From positions 30,880-89,571 of the forward strand of contig CAYROI010000001.1 in assembly GCA_964425835.1 (NCBI GenBank): a stretch of DNA of 58,692 nt, written 5' to 3'. The translations under genes were made by a program, and so were the position numbers. The notes beneath the pieces were generated by a model. The model saw only the letters and a program-made list of their open reading frames with translations. It was not told the origin of the DNA and made no database searches. This document shows positions 28,041 to 36,500 of this stretch, one piece after another. Every line of letters begins with the position of its first letter. Within the stretch, counting starts at the first letter, position 1. Source of the DNA: an uncultured Methylococcaceae bacterium. Lineage in GTDB: Bacteria > Pseudomonadota > Gammaproteobacteria > Methylococcales > Methylomonadaceae.

Positions 28041-28976
28041 TTATTTTGGTAAATGTAGATACTTTTTTAGCTTTTCTTTTACAAAAGGAAATCCTATTTC
28101 CAACCATTTATTCCATATAAAAACAAGCATTTTTTGGGAAAAAGAAGCGAGTTTTTCAATAAAACAACGTATTGTGTTGCACTCTAGTTTTTTAAATTTT
28201 AATTCAATATAAGTACTCCATTGAATATAACGTTTTCCTGTTGCATCAATAAACGCTTGATTATAAAACCACATTTCTAATATCGAAACTACGAGCATAA
28301 ACCCAAAAGCAATCGCCATCCCGCCCCCTGCTAAAATAACTAACCAAGCAAATAACGGGTTCAATTTAGTCAACCACCAGGATAAAATATCAACCACAAG
28401 AAAAATATACGGCATACCAATGGCAATACATTTATATTTAACCGTACTGGTCTCTGAAAAACTAAAAATAAGCCCGACAAACATAAAAATAAAACTAATC
28501 CCAAATAAATGAATGTGGGACACACGGGTTAATGAGGCAAAGGTTGCGCCTTCATCTTGATGGGTTAGTTCTTTTAAATTTTCAAATTCTGTAAAATCAG
28601 GAATCCCTGAAGCCGCTTCGTTGTGACACATCACACACTTATTATCAACAATTTTTTTACTACCTGAGGAAACATAAGCCGATTCCTCTGCGCCATCTCG
28701 AGTCCATTGTATTAGTGTAAATCGTTCAGTCTCAGACGCATTATCTTTCATTGAACCATTTAATTTGGTTTCTAACACAGTTCCTGAGCGATTCCCATAA
28801 TAACTGTAAACAATATCATCAACGGATAGACCAAACTTTCCATCCGCCATGCCGTGGGTAAATAAAATTTGAATAAGGGCAAAAAAATAGCCAAAGGCAA
28901 CTGCCGTCAAGTAGCCTGTAAACAGTACTTTTACAGGGGCATCAAATGTTTTTAAAGGGGGTAATTTGTAGGACAT
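28041..28976 (-). CDS. Polytopic membrane protein with one c-type heme-binding motif (CxxCH) in a predicted periplasmic loop
   Basis: 311 aa. After TM1 (LFTGYLTAVAFGYFFALIQILF) comes a loop of about 120 aa containing NKCVMCHNE. Then TRVSHIHLFGISFIFMFVGLIF and three more hydrophobic helices, and a Lys-rich tail. No family name recognised. Confidence 0.55.
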   Translation of the reverse strand: MSYKLPPLKTFDAPVKVLFTGYLTAVAFGYFFALIQILFTHGMADGKFGLSVDDIVYSYYGNRSGTVLETKLNGSMKDNASETERFTLIQWTRDGAEESAYVSSGSKKIVDNKCVMCHNEAASGIPDFTEFENLKELTHQDEGATFASLTRVSHIHLFGISFIFMFVGLIFSFSETSTVKYKCIAIGMPYIFLVVDILSWWLTKLNPLFAWLVILAGGGMAIAFGFMLVVSILEMWFYNQAFIDATGKRYIQWSTYIELKFKKLECNTIRCFIEKLASFSQKMLVFIWNKWLEIGFPFVKEKLKKYLHLPK

Positions 28977-29024
28977 TAAAGTTAAAAAAAGTTAAAAAAT
29001 AAAAGTTTGTGCTTGACTACAGCG

Positions 29025-29960
29025 CTATAATAGACACGCTATTTCTTTTAAAGCTTTATCAAATAACAGCGCATCATTTGATAAGAATTGCTTAGCATCA
29101 GTTTCTTTTCTGAGCCAAGTAAATTGACGCTTAGCCAATTGCCGTGTGGCAATAATTGCTTTTTCAGTCATGGCTGATAAATCATCTTCACCGCTTAAGT
29201 AAGACCAAACTTGCCGATAACCGACCGCCCGAATCGCAGGTAAGTTTTCATTGAGATCAGGGCGTTGATAAAGTTTTTCAACTTCGGCAATCAATCCTTG
29301 GGCCAGCATTTGTTTAAAACGTTGGGCAATTATATCATGCAATTGTTTACGATCTTCGGGGGCAATAATTATTTTTAAGGGACGATAAGGAAGCGCGTTA
29401 TGCTGAGATTCTTTAAATAAAACACTTAAGGGTTTACCACTAATTTCATAAACTTCTAAAGCACGCTGTATCCGTTGAGGATCATTAGGATGAATTCTTG
29501 CTGCCGACTCAGGATCAACCTTCATTAACCGCTGGTGTAACGCTTGTTTTCCTAGGGTTTTTAAATCATGATCTAATTGTTTTCTAATATCGGGGTTTGC
29601 TGGTGGTAACGCTGCCATTCCCTGAATAAGGGCTTTAAAATACAGCATTGTACCACCCACTAAGATTGGAATCTTACCACGCGCGGTTATATCTGCCATT
29701 AAAGTTAAGGCTTGTTTTCTAAATTGTCCTGTAGAAAAAGAGTCACTCGGGTCAATAATATCAATTAAATGATGCACGATGCCACCGCGTGCTTTTAAGT
29801 TGGGTTTTGCTGTACCAATATCCATACCTTTAAAAACTAAGGCAGAATCAACACTAATGATTTCCGTATTTAATTCTTGGGCAAGCTGTACTGCTAACGC
29901 ACTTTTCCCAGAAGCCGTAGGTCCCATTAATAATAGCGCGGGGGGAAGTTGTTTTACCAT
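29025..29960 (-). CDS. miaA: tRNA dimethylallyltransferase
   Basis: P-loop LMGPTASGKSALA, plus SVDSALVFKGMDIGTAKP and VGGTMLYFKAL. Confidence 0.95.
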   Translation of the reverse strand: MVKQLPPALLLMGPTASGKSALAVQLAQELNTEIISVDSALVFKGMDIGTAKPNLKARGGIVHHLIDIIDPSDSFSTGQFRKQALTLMADITARGKIPILVGGTMLYFKALIQGMAALPPANPDIRKQLDHDLKTLGKQALHQRLMKVDPESAARIHPNDPQRIQRALEVYEISGKPLSVLFKESQHNALPYRPLKIIIAPEDRKQLHDIIAQRFKQMLAQGLIAEVEKLYQRPDLNENLPAIRAVGYRQVWSYLSGEDDLSAMTEKAIIATRQLAKRQFTWLRKETDAKQFLSNDALLFDKALKEIACLL

Positions 29961-29995
29961 ATCAATTTATTCATCAAAAGGTTGAATCCATTATT

Positions 29996-31789
29996 TTATC
30001 GACCTCGTAAAAAAAATTGATCTAATTCAGCATGTGTTAAATTAACCCAAGTCGGTCGCCCATGATTACATTGTCCAATCCGTTCTGTTTGCTCCATTTC
30101 TCGTAACAACGCATTCATTTCGTCAATAGTTAAACGTCGTTTTGCTCTCACGGAACTATGACATGCCATGGTCGCTAAAATTTCATTACATCGTTCTTTT
30201 ACTCGTTCGCTCTCCTCATCTACCGCAAGATCGGCTAAAACATCACGAACGAGAGTTTCATTATCCGCTTTCGCTAATAAGACGGGGACTGAACGCAATA
30301 ATAAAGTTTCAAGATCAATTCGACTAATTTCAAACCCTAAAGCATTAAAAATAGCCTGCTGTTGTTCGGCTAAATCGGCTTCATTTGAAGTCACTGAAAT
30401 TTTAATAGGCAATAATAACGGTTGATTGGCAATATGTCCTTGGTGATATTGTTTTTTTAATCGCTCGTAAGTAATGCGTTCATGGGCGGCATGTGCATCA
30501 ACCAATATAATTCCTGTTTGGGTTTCAGATAAAATATAAATATTATGTACATGTGCTATCGCGTAACCTAATGGCGGAAAACACACCGTCGTTAGTGTTT
30601 CATTTTCTTCTATTTGTGGTTGAATAACGTAGTGTTGCGTTTCCTCTGCAACATTAAAAGGGATAGAAGCGTGTGCGGTTAAGGTGGAAGACTGAAACGA
30701 AGGTAATGATGTTGACTGTTGTTTTATAGGCACGGGAATATCGTAATCCACCGCTTGAGATTCAATAATATCTATTTCTGGGCTTGAGGGGCGTTGTGCA
30801 GCAATACTTCGATGCAACGCACGGAATAAAAAATCATGCACTAAGCGACCCTCTCTAAATCGAACTTCAAGCTTAGCAGGATGGGCATTAACATCCACTA
30901 AAGCAGGGTCTAAGCTTAGATATAATACAAAGACAGGATGACGACCCTGAAACATCACATCTTGATAAGCTTTTTTAACCGCGTGAGCAATTAGGCGGTC
31001 TTTTATTAAGCGTTGATTCACATAAAAATACTGCCTATCTTGCTGACTACGTGAAAACGTAGGCAGTCCAACCCAGCCTGACAATTGTAATCCTGAAGCA
31101 ATAAAGTCTATTTTTAGCGAGTTTTTTATAAATTCCTTTCCACAAATACGGGCTATTCGTTGTTGCTGTAATAATTCCGTATCCGCAATTTTTAAATTAA
31201 TAATTTCACGTTGATTATGGGTTAATTTAAAGCCAATATCAAAACGACTTAATGCCATTTTTTTAATTAAATTTTCAATATGTGAAAATTCGGTTTTTTC
31301 AGTTTTTAAAAATTTACGTCTTGCAGGCGTATTATAAAATAAATCTTCGACCTTAACCGTTGTGCCTTGAGGATGCGCTGCAGGTCGAATATCAAAAACA
31401 GCTTCTGCGCCATCGGTTGAAATACACCAAGCATCATGACTATGTGCTGTTTTTGAAGTTAAAGATAATTTCGCAACAGAACTAATACTTGATAAAGCCT
31501 CCCCTCTAAACCCCATGCTTTTAACCTGTTCTAAATCATCTAAAGAGCTGATTTTACTGGTGGCATAACGAGATAAGGCGAGTGTTAAATCTTCTTGTTC
31601 AATGCCACAGCCATTATCATAAATTTTTATTAATCGAATCCCCCCTTGCTCAATATCAATGGAGATTTGCCTCGCGCCTGCATCAAAACAATTTTCAACT
31701 AACTCTTTGACAATTGAGGCAGGGCGTTCAACGACTTCTCCTGCGGCAATTTGGTTAATAAGTTGGGGGGGAAGTGCATAAATATTCAT
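29996..31789 (-). CDS. mutL: DNA mismatch repair protein MutL
   Basis: N-terminal GHKL ATPase (IAAGEVVERPASIVKELVENCFDAG, DNGCGI, GFRGEAL). C-terminal dimerisation domain ending CNHGRPT. Confidence 0.95.
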   Translation of the reverse strand: MNIYALPPQLINQIAAGEVVERPASIVKELVENCFDAGARQISIDIEQGGIRLIKIYDNGCGIEQEDLTLALSRYATSKISSLDDLEQVKSMGFRGEALSSISSVAKLSLTSKTAHSHDAWCISTDGAEAVFDIRPAAHPQGTTVKVEDLFYNTPARRKFLKTEKTEFSHIENLIKKMALSRFDIGFKLTHNQREIINLKIADTELLQQQRIARICGKEFIKNSLKIDFIASGLQLSGWVGLPTFSRSQQDRQYFYVNQRLIKDRLIAHAVKKAYQDVMFQGRHPVFVLYLSLDPALVDVNAHPAKLEVRFREGRLVHDFLFRALHRSIAAQRPSSPEIDIIESQAVDYDIPVPIKQQSTSLPSFQSSTLTAHASIPFNVAEETQHYVIQPQIEENETLTTVCFPPLGYAIAHVHNIYILSETQTGIILVDAHAAHERITYERLKKQYHQGHIANQPLLLPIKISVTSNEADLAEQQQAIFNALGFEISRIDLETLLLRSVPVLLAKADNETLVRDVLADLAVDEESERVKERCNEILATMACHSSVRAKRRLTIDEMNALLREMEQTERIGQCNHGRPTWVNLTHAELDQFFLRGR

Positions 31790-31793
31790 TCTA

Positions 31794-32717
31794 TTAAGCG
31801 GAATCGGTTGTTAAAGAAAGAAAAACATCTTCAAGTGATTGCTTCAATAAGGTAATTTCTTCTAACCCCCATCCTTGGGTAATAATTATTTCTGTTAATG
31901 CCTCCATAGTTTTTTCATTATTTTTATAATGAATCAGATATTGATTATTCGCTAAAGATTCAATTTGGGTAATTTCTTTAAGGGTTTTAAGCTGGTTAAT
32001 ATCTATCGCTTTACGGGTTGTTAGCTTAACTCGGGTATGATCCATTTGTTGGTTTAATTCAGTCACCGTTTTTTTTAAAATAAGTTTCCCTTGGTGAATA
32101 ATTTGCACATCCGTACAGGATGCTTGTACTTCTGACAACATGTGACTGGATAAAATAACCCCATGCGCTTGTGCTAAGTCTTTAATCAAATGTCGAATTT
32201 CTTTAATTTGAACGGGATCTAAGCCAACCATTGGCTCATCAAGCAAAATAACCTCAGGCTTATGCAAGATAGCTTGGGCAATCCCTACGCGTTGTTGATA
32301 ACCTTTAGAAAGATTTGTAATTAATCGTTTTCCAACTTGTGTAAGTCCACAGCAGGCTTTACTGTTATTAATTGCTTTTTGATGATTATTTTTAGGAACA
32401 CGATGTAATTTTGCACAATAACCTAAAAACTCGTCCACAGTTAAGTCTTTATACAAGGGCGGCGTTTCAGGTAAATAACCTAGTGCCGATTTAGCTTGCA
32501 AGGGATGTTTCAGTAAATCAAAACCTTTGATTTTAATACTTCCTGCAGAGGGTGCAAGCGTCCCTGATAACATTTGTAGTGTTGTGGTTTTCCCCGCACC
32601 ATTCACACCTAGAAAACCTAAAATTTGACCCTGGGTTAAACTAAAACTTAAGTTTTCAACCGCACAATGTTGTGCATAATAACGATAAAGCCCCGTTACT
32701 TGAACTAACATGGACAT
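31794..32717 (-). CDS. ABC transporter ATP-binding protein (ABC-2/NatA-like), no adjacent permease
   Basis: Walker A GVNGAGKTT, signature LSKGYQQR, Walker B ILLDEP, H-loop SSHML. It lies 7 nt after hflD and 4 nt before mutL. Confidence 0.9.
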   Translation of the reverse strand: MSMLVQVTGLYRYYAQHCAVENLSFSLTQGQILGFLGVNGAGKTTTLQMLSGTLAPSAGSIKIKGFDLLKHPLQAKSALGYLPETPPLYKDLTVDEFLGYCAKLHRVPKNNHQKAINNSKACCGLTQVGKRLITNLSKGYQQRVGIAQAILHKPEVILLDEPMVGLDPVQIKEIRHLIKDLAQAHGVILSSHMLSEVQASCTDVQIIHQGKLILKKTVTELNQQMDHTRVKLTTRKAIDINQLKTLKEITQIESLANNQYLIHYKNNEKTMEALTEIIITQGWGLEEITLLKQSLEDVFLSLTTDSA

Positions 32718-32724
32718 TTATTTT

Positions 32725-33351
32725 TTAAACCTTGGTTAATAGAAATTTAACTTCTGCTTGAAGTTTTCTACGATAAAATAAAAATTTCCAACGTGTGCCG
32801 CCACATTGCCGCCATAAAAGAGCAGACCGAACCCCTGCTAATAACAACGCTCTTATTTTATTTACAACGTTGGGATGCTCTAAATATTGCGGCTCACCAT
32901 TAACCATAATACGCGGCTGTATCGTACTGAGTGTATTAGTGTAAAGATCTCCCAAATTAGCTAAAATATTTTCATGCGTTAATTCAAAATGTTCCGTTTG
33001 TAATTGTACGCGTTCTATTCCTTGTTTAATCGTTTTTAGCATTTCAGGTTGTTTAATTAATTGCCGTTCTAAAAAAACTAAAGAGGCGGCATAACGTGCT
33101 TGTTCACGATTTTTAACATCATAACCTGTAATTTGTTCCTGTAGTTGCTTTAGTCCAAATTCAATCCCTGCAAGATGACCAAAAACATCAATCACAGATT
33201 CAGAATCAAGTTTTAATAGACTCCCAATACTGGCTTCCAACGCATTATTATCTGCTTTACCCGTTGTTGCCAATTGCTGAACTAAGGCGGCAGACTGTGC
33301 AATACCAGCGAGCGCAATAGCCTGATTAGTAAAGGTTTTATTTGTAGACAT
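32725..33351 (-). CDS. hflD: High frequency of lysogenization protein HflD
   Basis: From ATG 33351 the protein reads MSTNKTFTNQAIALAGIAQSAALVQQLA..., parallel to the E. coli HflD N-terminus (ITLALAGICQSARLVQQLA). The C-terminal LLAGVRSALLWRQCGG block is also present. Confidence 0.85.
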   Translation of the reverse strand: MSTNKTFTNQAIALAGIAQSAALVQQLATTGKADNNALEASIGSLLKLDSESVIDVFGHLAGIEFGLKQLQEQITGYDVKNREQARYAASLVFLERQLIKQPEMLKTIKQGIERVQLQTEHFELTHENILANLGDLYTNTLSTIQPRIMVNGEPQYLEHPNVVNKIRALLLAGVRSALLWRQCGGTRWKFLFYRRKLQAEVKFLLTKV

Positions 33352-33355
33352 AAGA

Positions 33356-33793
33356 TTAACAATGTTTCTTAGGATAACAACTTTCAACCAATTTATGGTT
33401 TGATTTTTTCCATTGCTGAAGACCATTTGACAAATGATAAATATTTTTCATTCCCAATTTTTTAGTTAGAAATTCACCTACTTTTGCAGATCGGTTACCT
33501 GACCGACAAACTAAAACAACGGGCTGATCGCTATTTTCTTGGAGTTTTTTTAACTCGGTTAGCCATTTTTCTTTATCAAAATTTCCTCGCTCATCAAAAA
33601 ATTGTAATGGGTGACTATTAGGAATAATACCTGTTTGCGTCCATTCTTTTGGGGTACGAACGTCAATAATTAATGGATTTTGTTGCTGTTGTAGATTTTC
33701 CAATTGTTCGGAAGTTAGTTCTCCTAATTCCGTTGCCAACAAATTAAAACTACATAAAATAAGGAGACTACTAAAAAATAATTTTAAAATCAT
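33356..33793 (-). CDS. Exported single-domain rhodanese-like protein
   Basis: Signal peptide MILKLFFSSLLILCSFNLLA, then a rhodanese fold with active-site loop LVCRSGNRS. Confidence 0.8.
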   Translation of the reverse strand: MILKLFFSSLLILCSFNLLATELGELTSEQLENLQQQQNPLIIDVRTPKEWTQTGIIPNSHPLQFFDERGNFDKEKWLTELKKLQENSDQPVVLVCRSGNRSAKVGEFLTKKLGMKNIYHLSNGLQQWKKSNHKLVESCYPKKHC

Positions 33794-33801
33794 TGTTTTC
33801 T

Positions 33802-33832
33802 ATGACCTCGTTAAGGTAAAGTGCTTAGATAT
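33802..33832 (+). promoter_or_regulatory. Possible MerR/CueR-type promoter of the cop operon (weak call)
   Basis: ATGACC (-35-like, 33802-33807) and TAGATA/AGATAT (-10-like, 33826-33832) are separated by 18-19 nt. An imperfect dyad TGACCT-N5-AGGTAA overlaps the -35 and the spacer. The arms are shorter than the E. coli copA operator. Confidence 0.25.
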
Positions 33833-33903
33833 GAGATGGGTAACATAATACCTAATTATCGTTTGCGTATCATCTCGTTTTATAAAATTTAATCGGAGAA
33901 AAA

Positions 33904-34113
33904 ATGTTAAAGTCAATATCTTTAAATGTAATAGGTATGAAATGCAGCGGCTGCGAAACCAACGCGAAAAATAAACTAGAGGCTGTTGCGGGAATTACAA
34001 AAGTGATAGCTAGTCATAAAGATAATAAAATTGAGATTGAATATGAAACAGACAATACAACTGAAAGCGCGATTACTCACGTAATTACCGAGGCAGGTTA
34101 TGAGGTAATATGA
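33904..34113 (+). CDS. copZ: Heavy-metal-associated (HMA) copper chaperone, CopZ-like
   Basis: 69 aa with the GMKCSGCE metal-binding motif in a ferredoxin-like fold. Confidence 0.85.
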   Translation: MLKSISLNVIGMKCSGCETNAKNKLEAVAGITKVIASHKDNKIEIEYETDNTTESAITHVITEAGYEVI

Positions 34114-34178
34114 CACATTAAAAATTATATCTCAACCTATATTTAAATCTATCCCTATCTAAAGCAGGCTATCTTTTT

Positions 34179-36425
34179 ATGAGTACTCAAGAAAAATTAG
34201 AACCGTCTAATAATGCGCTGAGATTATCTATTTTAGGAATGAGTTGTGCAGGTTGTGTAAGTGCTGTTGAAGGCTCATTAACAGGTGTTGATGGGGTCAC
34301 TTTTGTCAGCGTTAATTTTGCAGATCATTCGGCTATTGTAAAAGGGTCAGCCGATTGTGAGCAATTAATAAAAGCGGTTAAAGAAGCGGGGTATGATGCC
34401 GCTGTGATGGAAGGATTTGAAGACCCGCATCAACAAGAACAGCAAGAATTAGCACGTTATCGAATTTTAATGAAAAAAGCGGTAGTTGCCGCGGGCTTTG
34501 GTCTACCCTTAATGATTGCTGGTCATATGGATTGGTTGCCTGAAATAGGATCAGAGGTAGGTCAATGGTTTTGGCCACAAATAGCCCTGCTAACCTTTGC
34601 TATTTTAATCTATTCAGGCTGGCATATTTATAGCGGTGCATTGAAAGCGTTAAAATTAAAACAAGCCAATATGGATACCCTGATTACATTAGGGACAGGA
34701 TCTGCTTGGATCTATTCTTGTGTGGTTTTAGATTATTATCAATTCCTGCCGTCTCTTTCGGCTCATGCTTATTTTGAAGCTTCCGTTATTATTTTGGCGT
34801 TTATTAACTTAGGCGCGGGACTAGAAACACGTGCTAGGGGAAAAACCTCACAAGCCATACGAAATTTAATTGGTTTGCAACCACGAACAGCGCGGGTGAT
34901 TAGAGAGGGAATTGAACAAGATGTTGCCATTGAAGAGGTCCGTTTAGGTGAAACATTAAGAGTTCGCCCAGGTGAAAAAATTGCCGTTGATGGTGAATTA
35001 ATAGAAGGTCATTCAACCGTTGATGAATCCATGCTAACAGGTGAGCCTCTCCCTGTTGAAAAAATTAAAGGGGCAACCGTCGTTGCAGGAACAATCAATC
35101 AACAGGGTAGTTTTCTATTTACTGCAACTCGAATAGGGCGGGATACAGCACTATATCAAATCATCAACAGTGTACGCCAAGCTCAATCGAGTAAGCCCGA
35201 AATTGCAAAACTAGCGGATAAAATTTCTAGCATTTTTGTGCCTATTGTCGTTGCTATTTCTTTATTCACCTTTTTCATTTGGTATACCTTCGCGCCAGAG
35301 CCTGCCTTAGGTTATGCTTTTGTGACTTCAATGACCGTATTAGTCATTGCCTGTCCTTGTGCTTTAGGATTAGCCACGCCTATTTCGGTGATGGTTTCTG
35401 TCGGTCGTGCAGCGCAATTAGGCATTTTAATTCGTAAGGGTGATGCCCTACAAACAGCGGGAAAATTAAGCTGTATAGTTTTAGACAAAACAGGCACGGT
35501 AACGGCGGGAAAACCGACCGTAAGCCATATAGAAACACTCATTGATATTGAAGAAACCAAAGTTTTACAACTGGCAGCAAGTATTGAGTCAGGTTCAGAA
35601 CACCCCTTAGCAGCCGCTATTTTAGCGAAAGCGGTTGCTCAAAAAATAAAACTGCAAAAAGTTAAATCTTTTGAAGCGATTCCAGGTCATGGTATTAGTG
35701 GGGAAATTGCAGAACAAAGCATTCTTTTTGGTAATGTCGCTTTAATGAATGATAAAGGAATCAATTATAGTCATTGTATTGAAAAGCTTGAAAAACTATC
35801 CACTTTAGGTCAAACCCCGATGTTATTAGCGATTGACCAACAAATAGCCGCGATTATTAGTGTCGCTGATCCGATAAAAAAGGATTCTATGCTTGCCGTA
35901 CAACAATTAAAAAAGTTGGGGGTAAAAATATTAATGGTCACAGGTGATAATGAAATGACTGCAAAAGCGATTGCTAAACAAGCAGGCATTACTGAAATCC
36001 GAGCGCAAGTTTTTCCTGAAGACAAAGCCGCTGTAATAAAAAAATTACAACAACAAGGGGAAGTCGTCGGCATGGTCGGTGATGGCATTAACGATGCCCC
36101 CGCATTAGCGCAAGCCGACGTTGGCTTTGCGATTGGAACAGGAACAGATGTTGCCATCGAAAGTGCAGATATTGTTATTTTGCAAGGTTCATTATTAAAA
36201 ATACCTGAAACTATGTGTTTGTCGAGAGTCACACTTATAAATATTAAGCAAAATTTAATAGGGGCTTTCTTTTATAATACCCTGAGTATTCCTGTGGCAG
36301 CGGGTCTATTTTATCCTCTTTTTGGGATATTACTTAATCCAATGGTAGCAGGGGCTGCGATGGCAATGTCTTCACTTACCGTGGTAAGCAATGCCAATCG
36401 TCTGCGTTGGATTAAATTAAATTAA
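34179..36425 (+). CDS. copA: Copper-translocating P1B-type ATPase
   Basis: N-terminal HMA (GMSCAGC), TGEP, CPC in the TM helix ([11 protein letters not shown]), DKTGT phosphorylation site, GDGINDAP hinge. Confidence 0.95.
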   Translation: MSTQEKLEPSNNALRLSILGMSCAGCVSAVEGSLTGVDGVTFVSVNFADHSAIVKGSADCEQLIKAVKEAGYDAAVMEGFEDPHQQEQQELARYRILMKKAVVAAGFGLPLMIAGHMDWLPEIGSEVGQWFWPQIALLTFAILIYSGWHIYSGALKALKLKQANMDTLITLGTGSAWIYSCVVLDYYQFLPSLSAHAYFEASVIILAFINLGAGLETRARGKTSQAIRNLIGLQPRTARVIREGIEQDVAIEEVRLGETLRVRPGEKIAVDGELIEGHSTVDESMLTGEPLPVEKIKGATVVAGTINQQGSFLFTATRIGRDTALYQIINSVRQAQSSKPEIAKLADKISSIFVPIVVAISLFTFFIWYTFAPEPALGYAFVTSMTVLVIACPCALGLATPISVMVSVGRAAQLGILIRKGDALQTAGKLSCIVLDKTGTVTAGKPTVSHIETLIDIEETKVLQLAASIESGSEHPLAAAILAKAVAQKIKLQKVKSFEAIPGHGISGEIAEQSILFGNVALMNDKGINYSHCIEKLEKLSTLGQTPMLLAIDQQIAAIISVADPIKKDSMLAVQQLKKLGVKILMVTGDNEMTAKAIAKQAGITEIRAQVFPEDKAAVIKKLQQQGEVVGMVGDGINDAPALAQADVGFAIGTGTDVAIESADIVILQGSLLKIPETMCLSRVTLINIKQNLIGAFFYNTLSIPVAAGLFYPLFGILLNPMVAGAAMAMSSLTVVSNANRLRWIKLN

Positions 36426-36458
36426 TATCAGTAATAATTCTTAAACTGATGATAAAAA

Positions 36459-36492
36459 CCTGATCGCTTTTTATAAGCTATCAGGTTTTATT
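36459..36492 (+). terminator. Probable intrinsic terminator after copA
   Basis: CCTGAT (36459-36464) pairs with ATCAGG (36480-36485). An A-tract lies upstream and TTTTATT downstream. The hairpin is 34 nt after the copA stop. Confidence 0.5.
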
Positions 36493-36500
36493 GGGTCAAC

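Noticed and set aside
35810-36232. 140-aa reverse-strand ORF inside copA, plus the similar ORFs at 34378-34578 and 35312-35560
   Set aside because: All lie wholly within the well-supported copA reading frame on the opposite strand. The composition is low-complexity and Ala/Ser/Thr/Cys-rich, typical of shadow ORFs. There is no Shine-Dalgarno sequence or recognisable motif.
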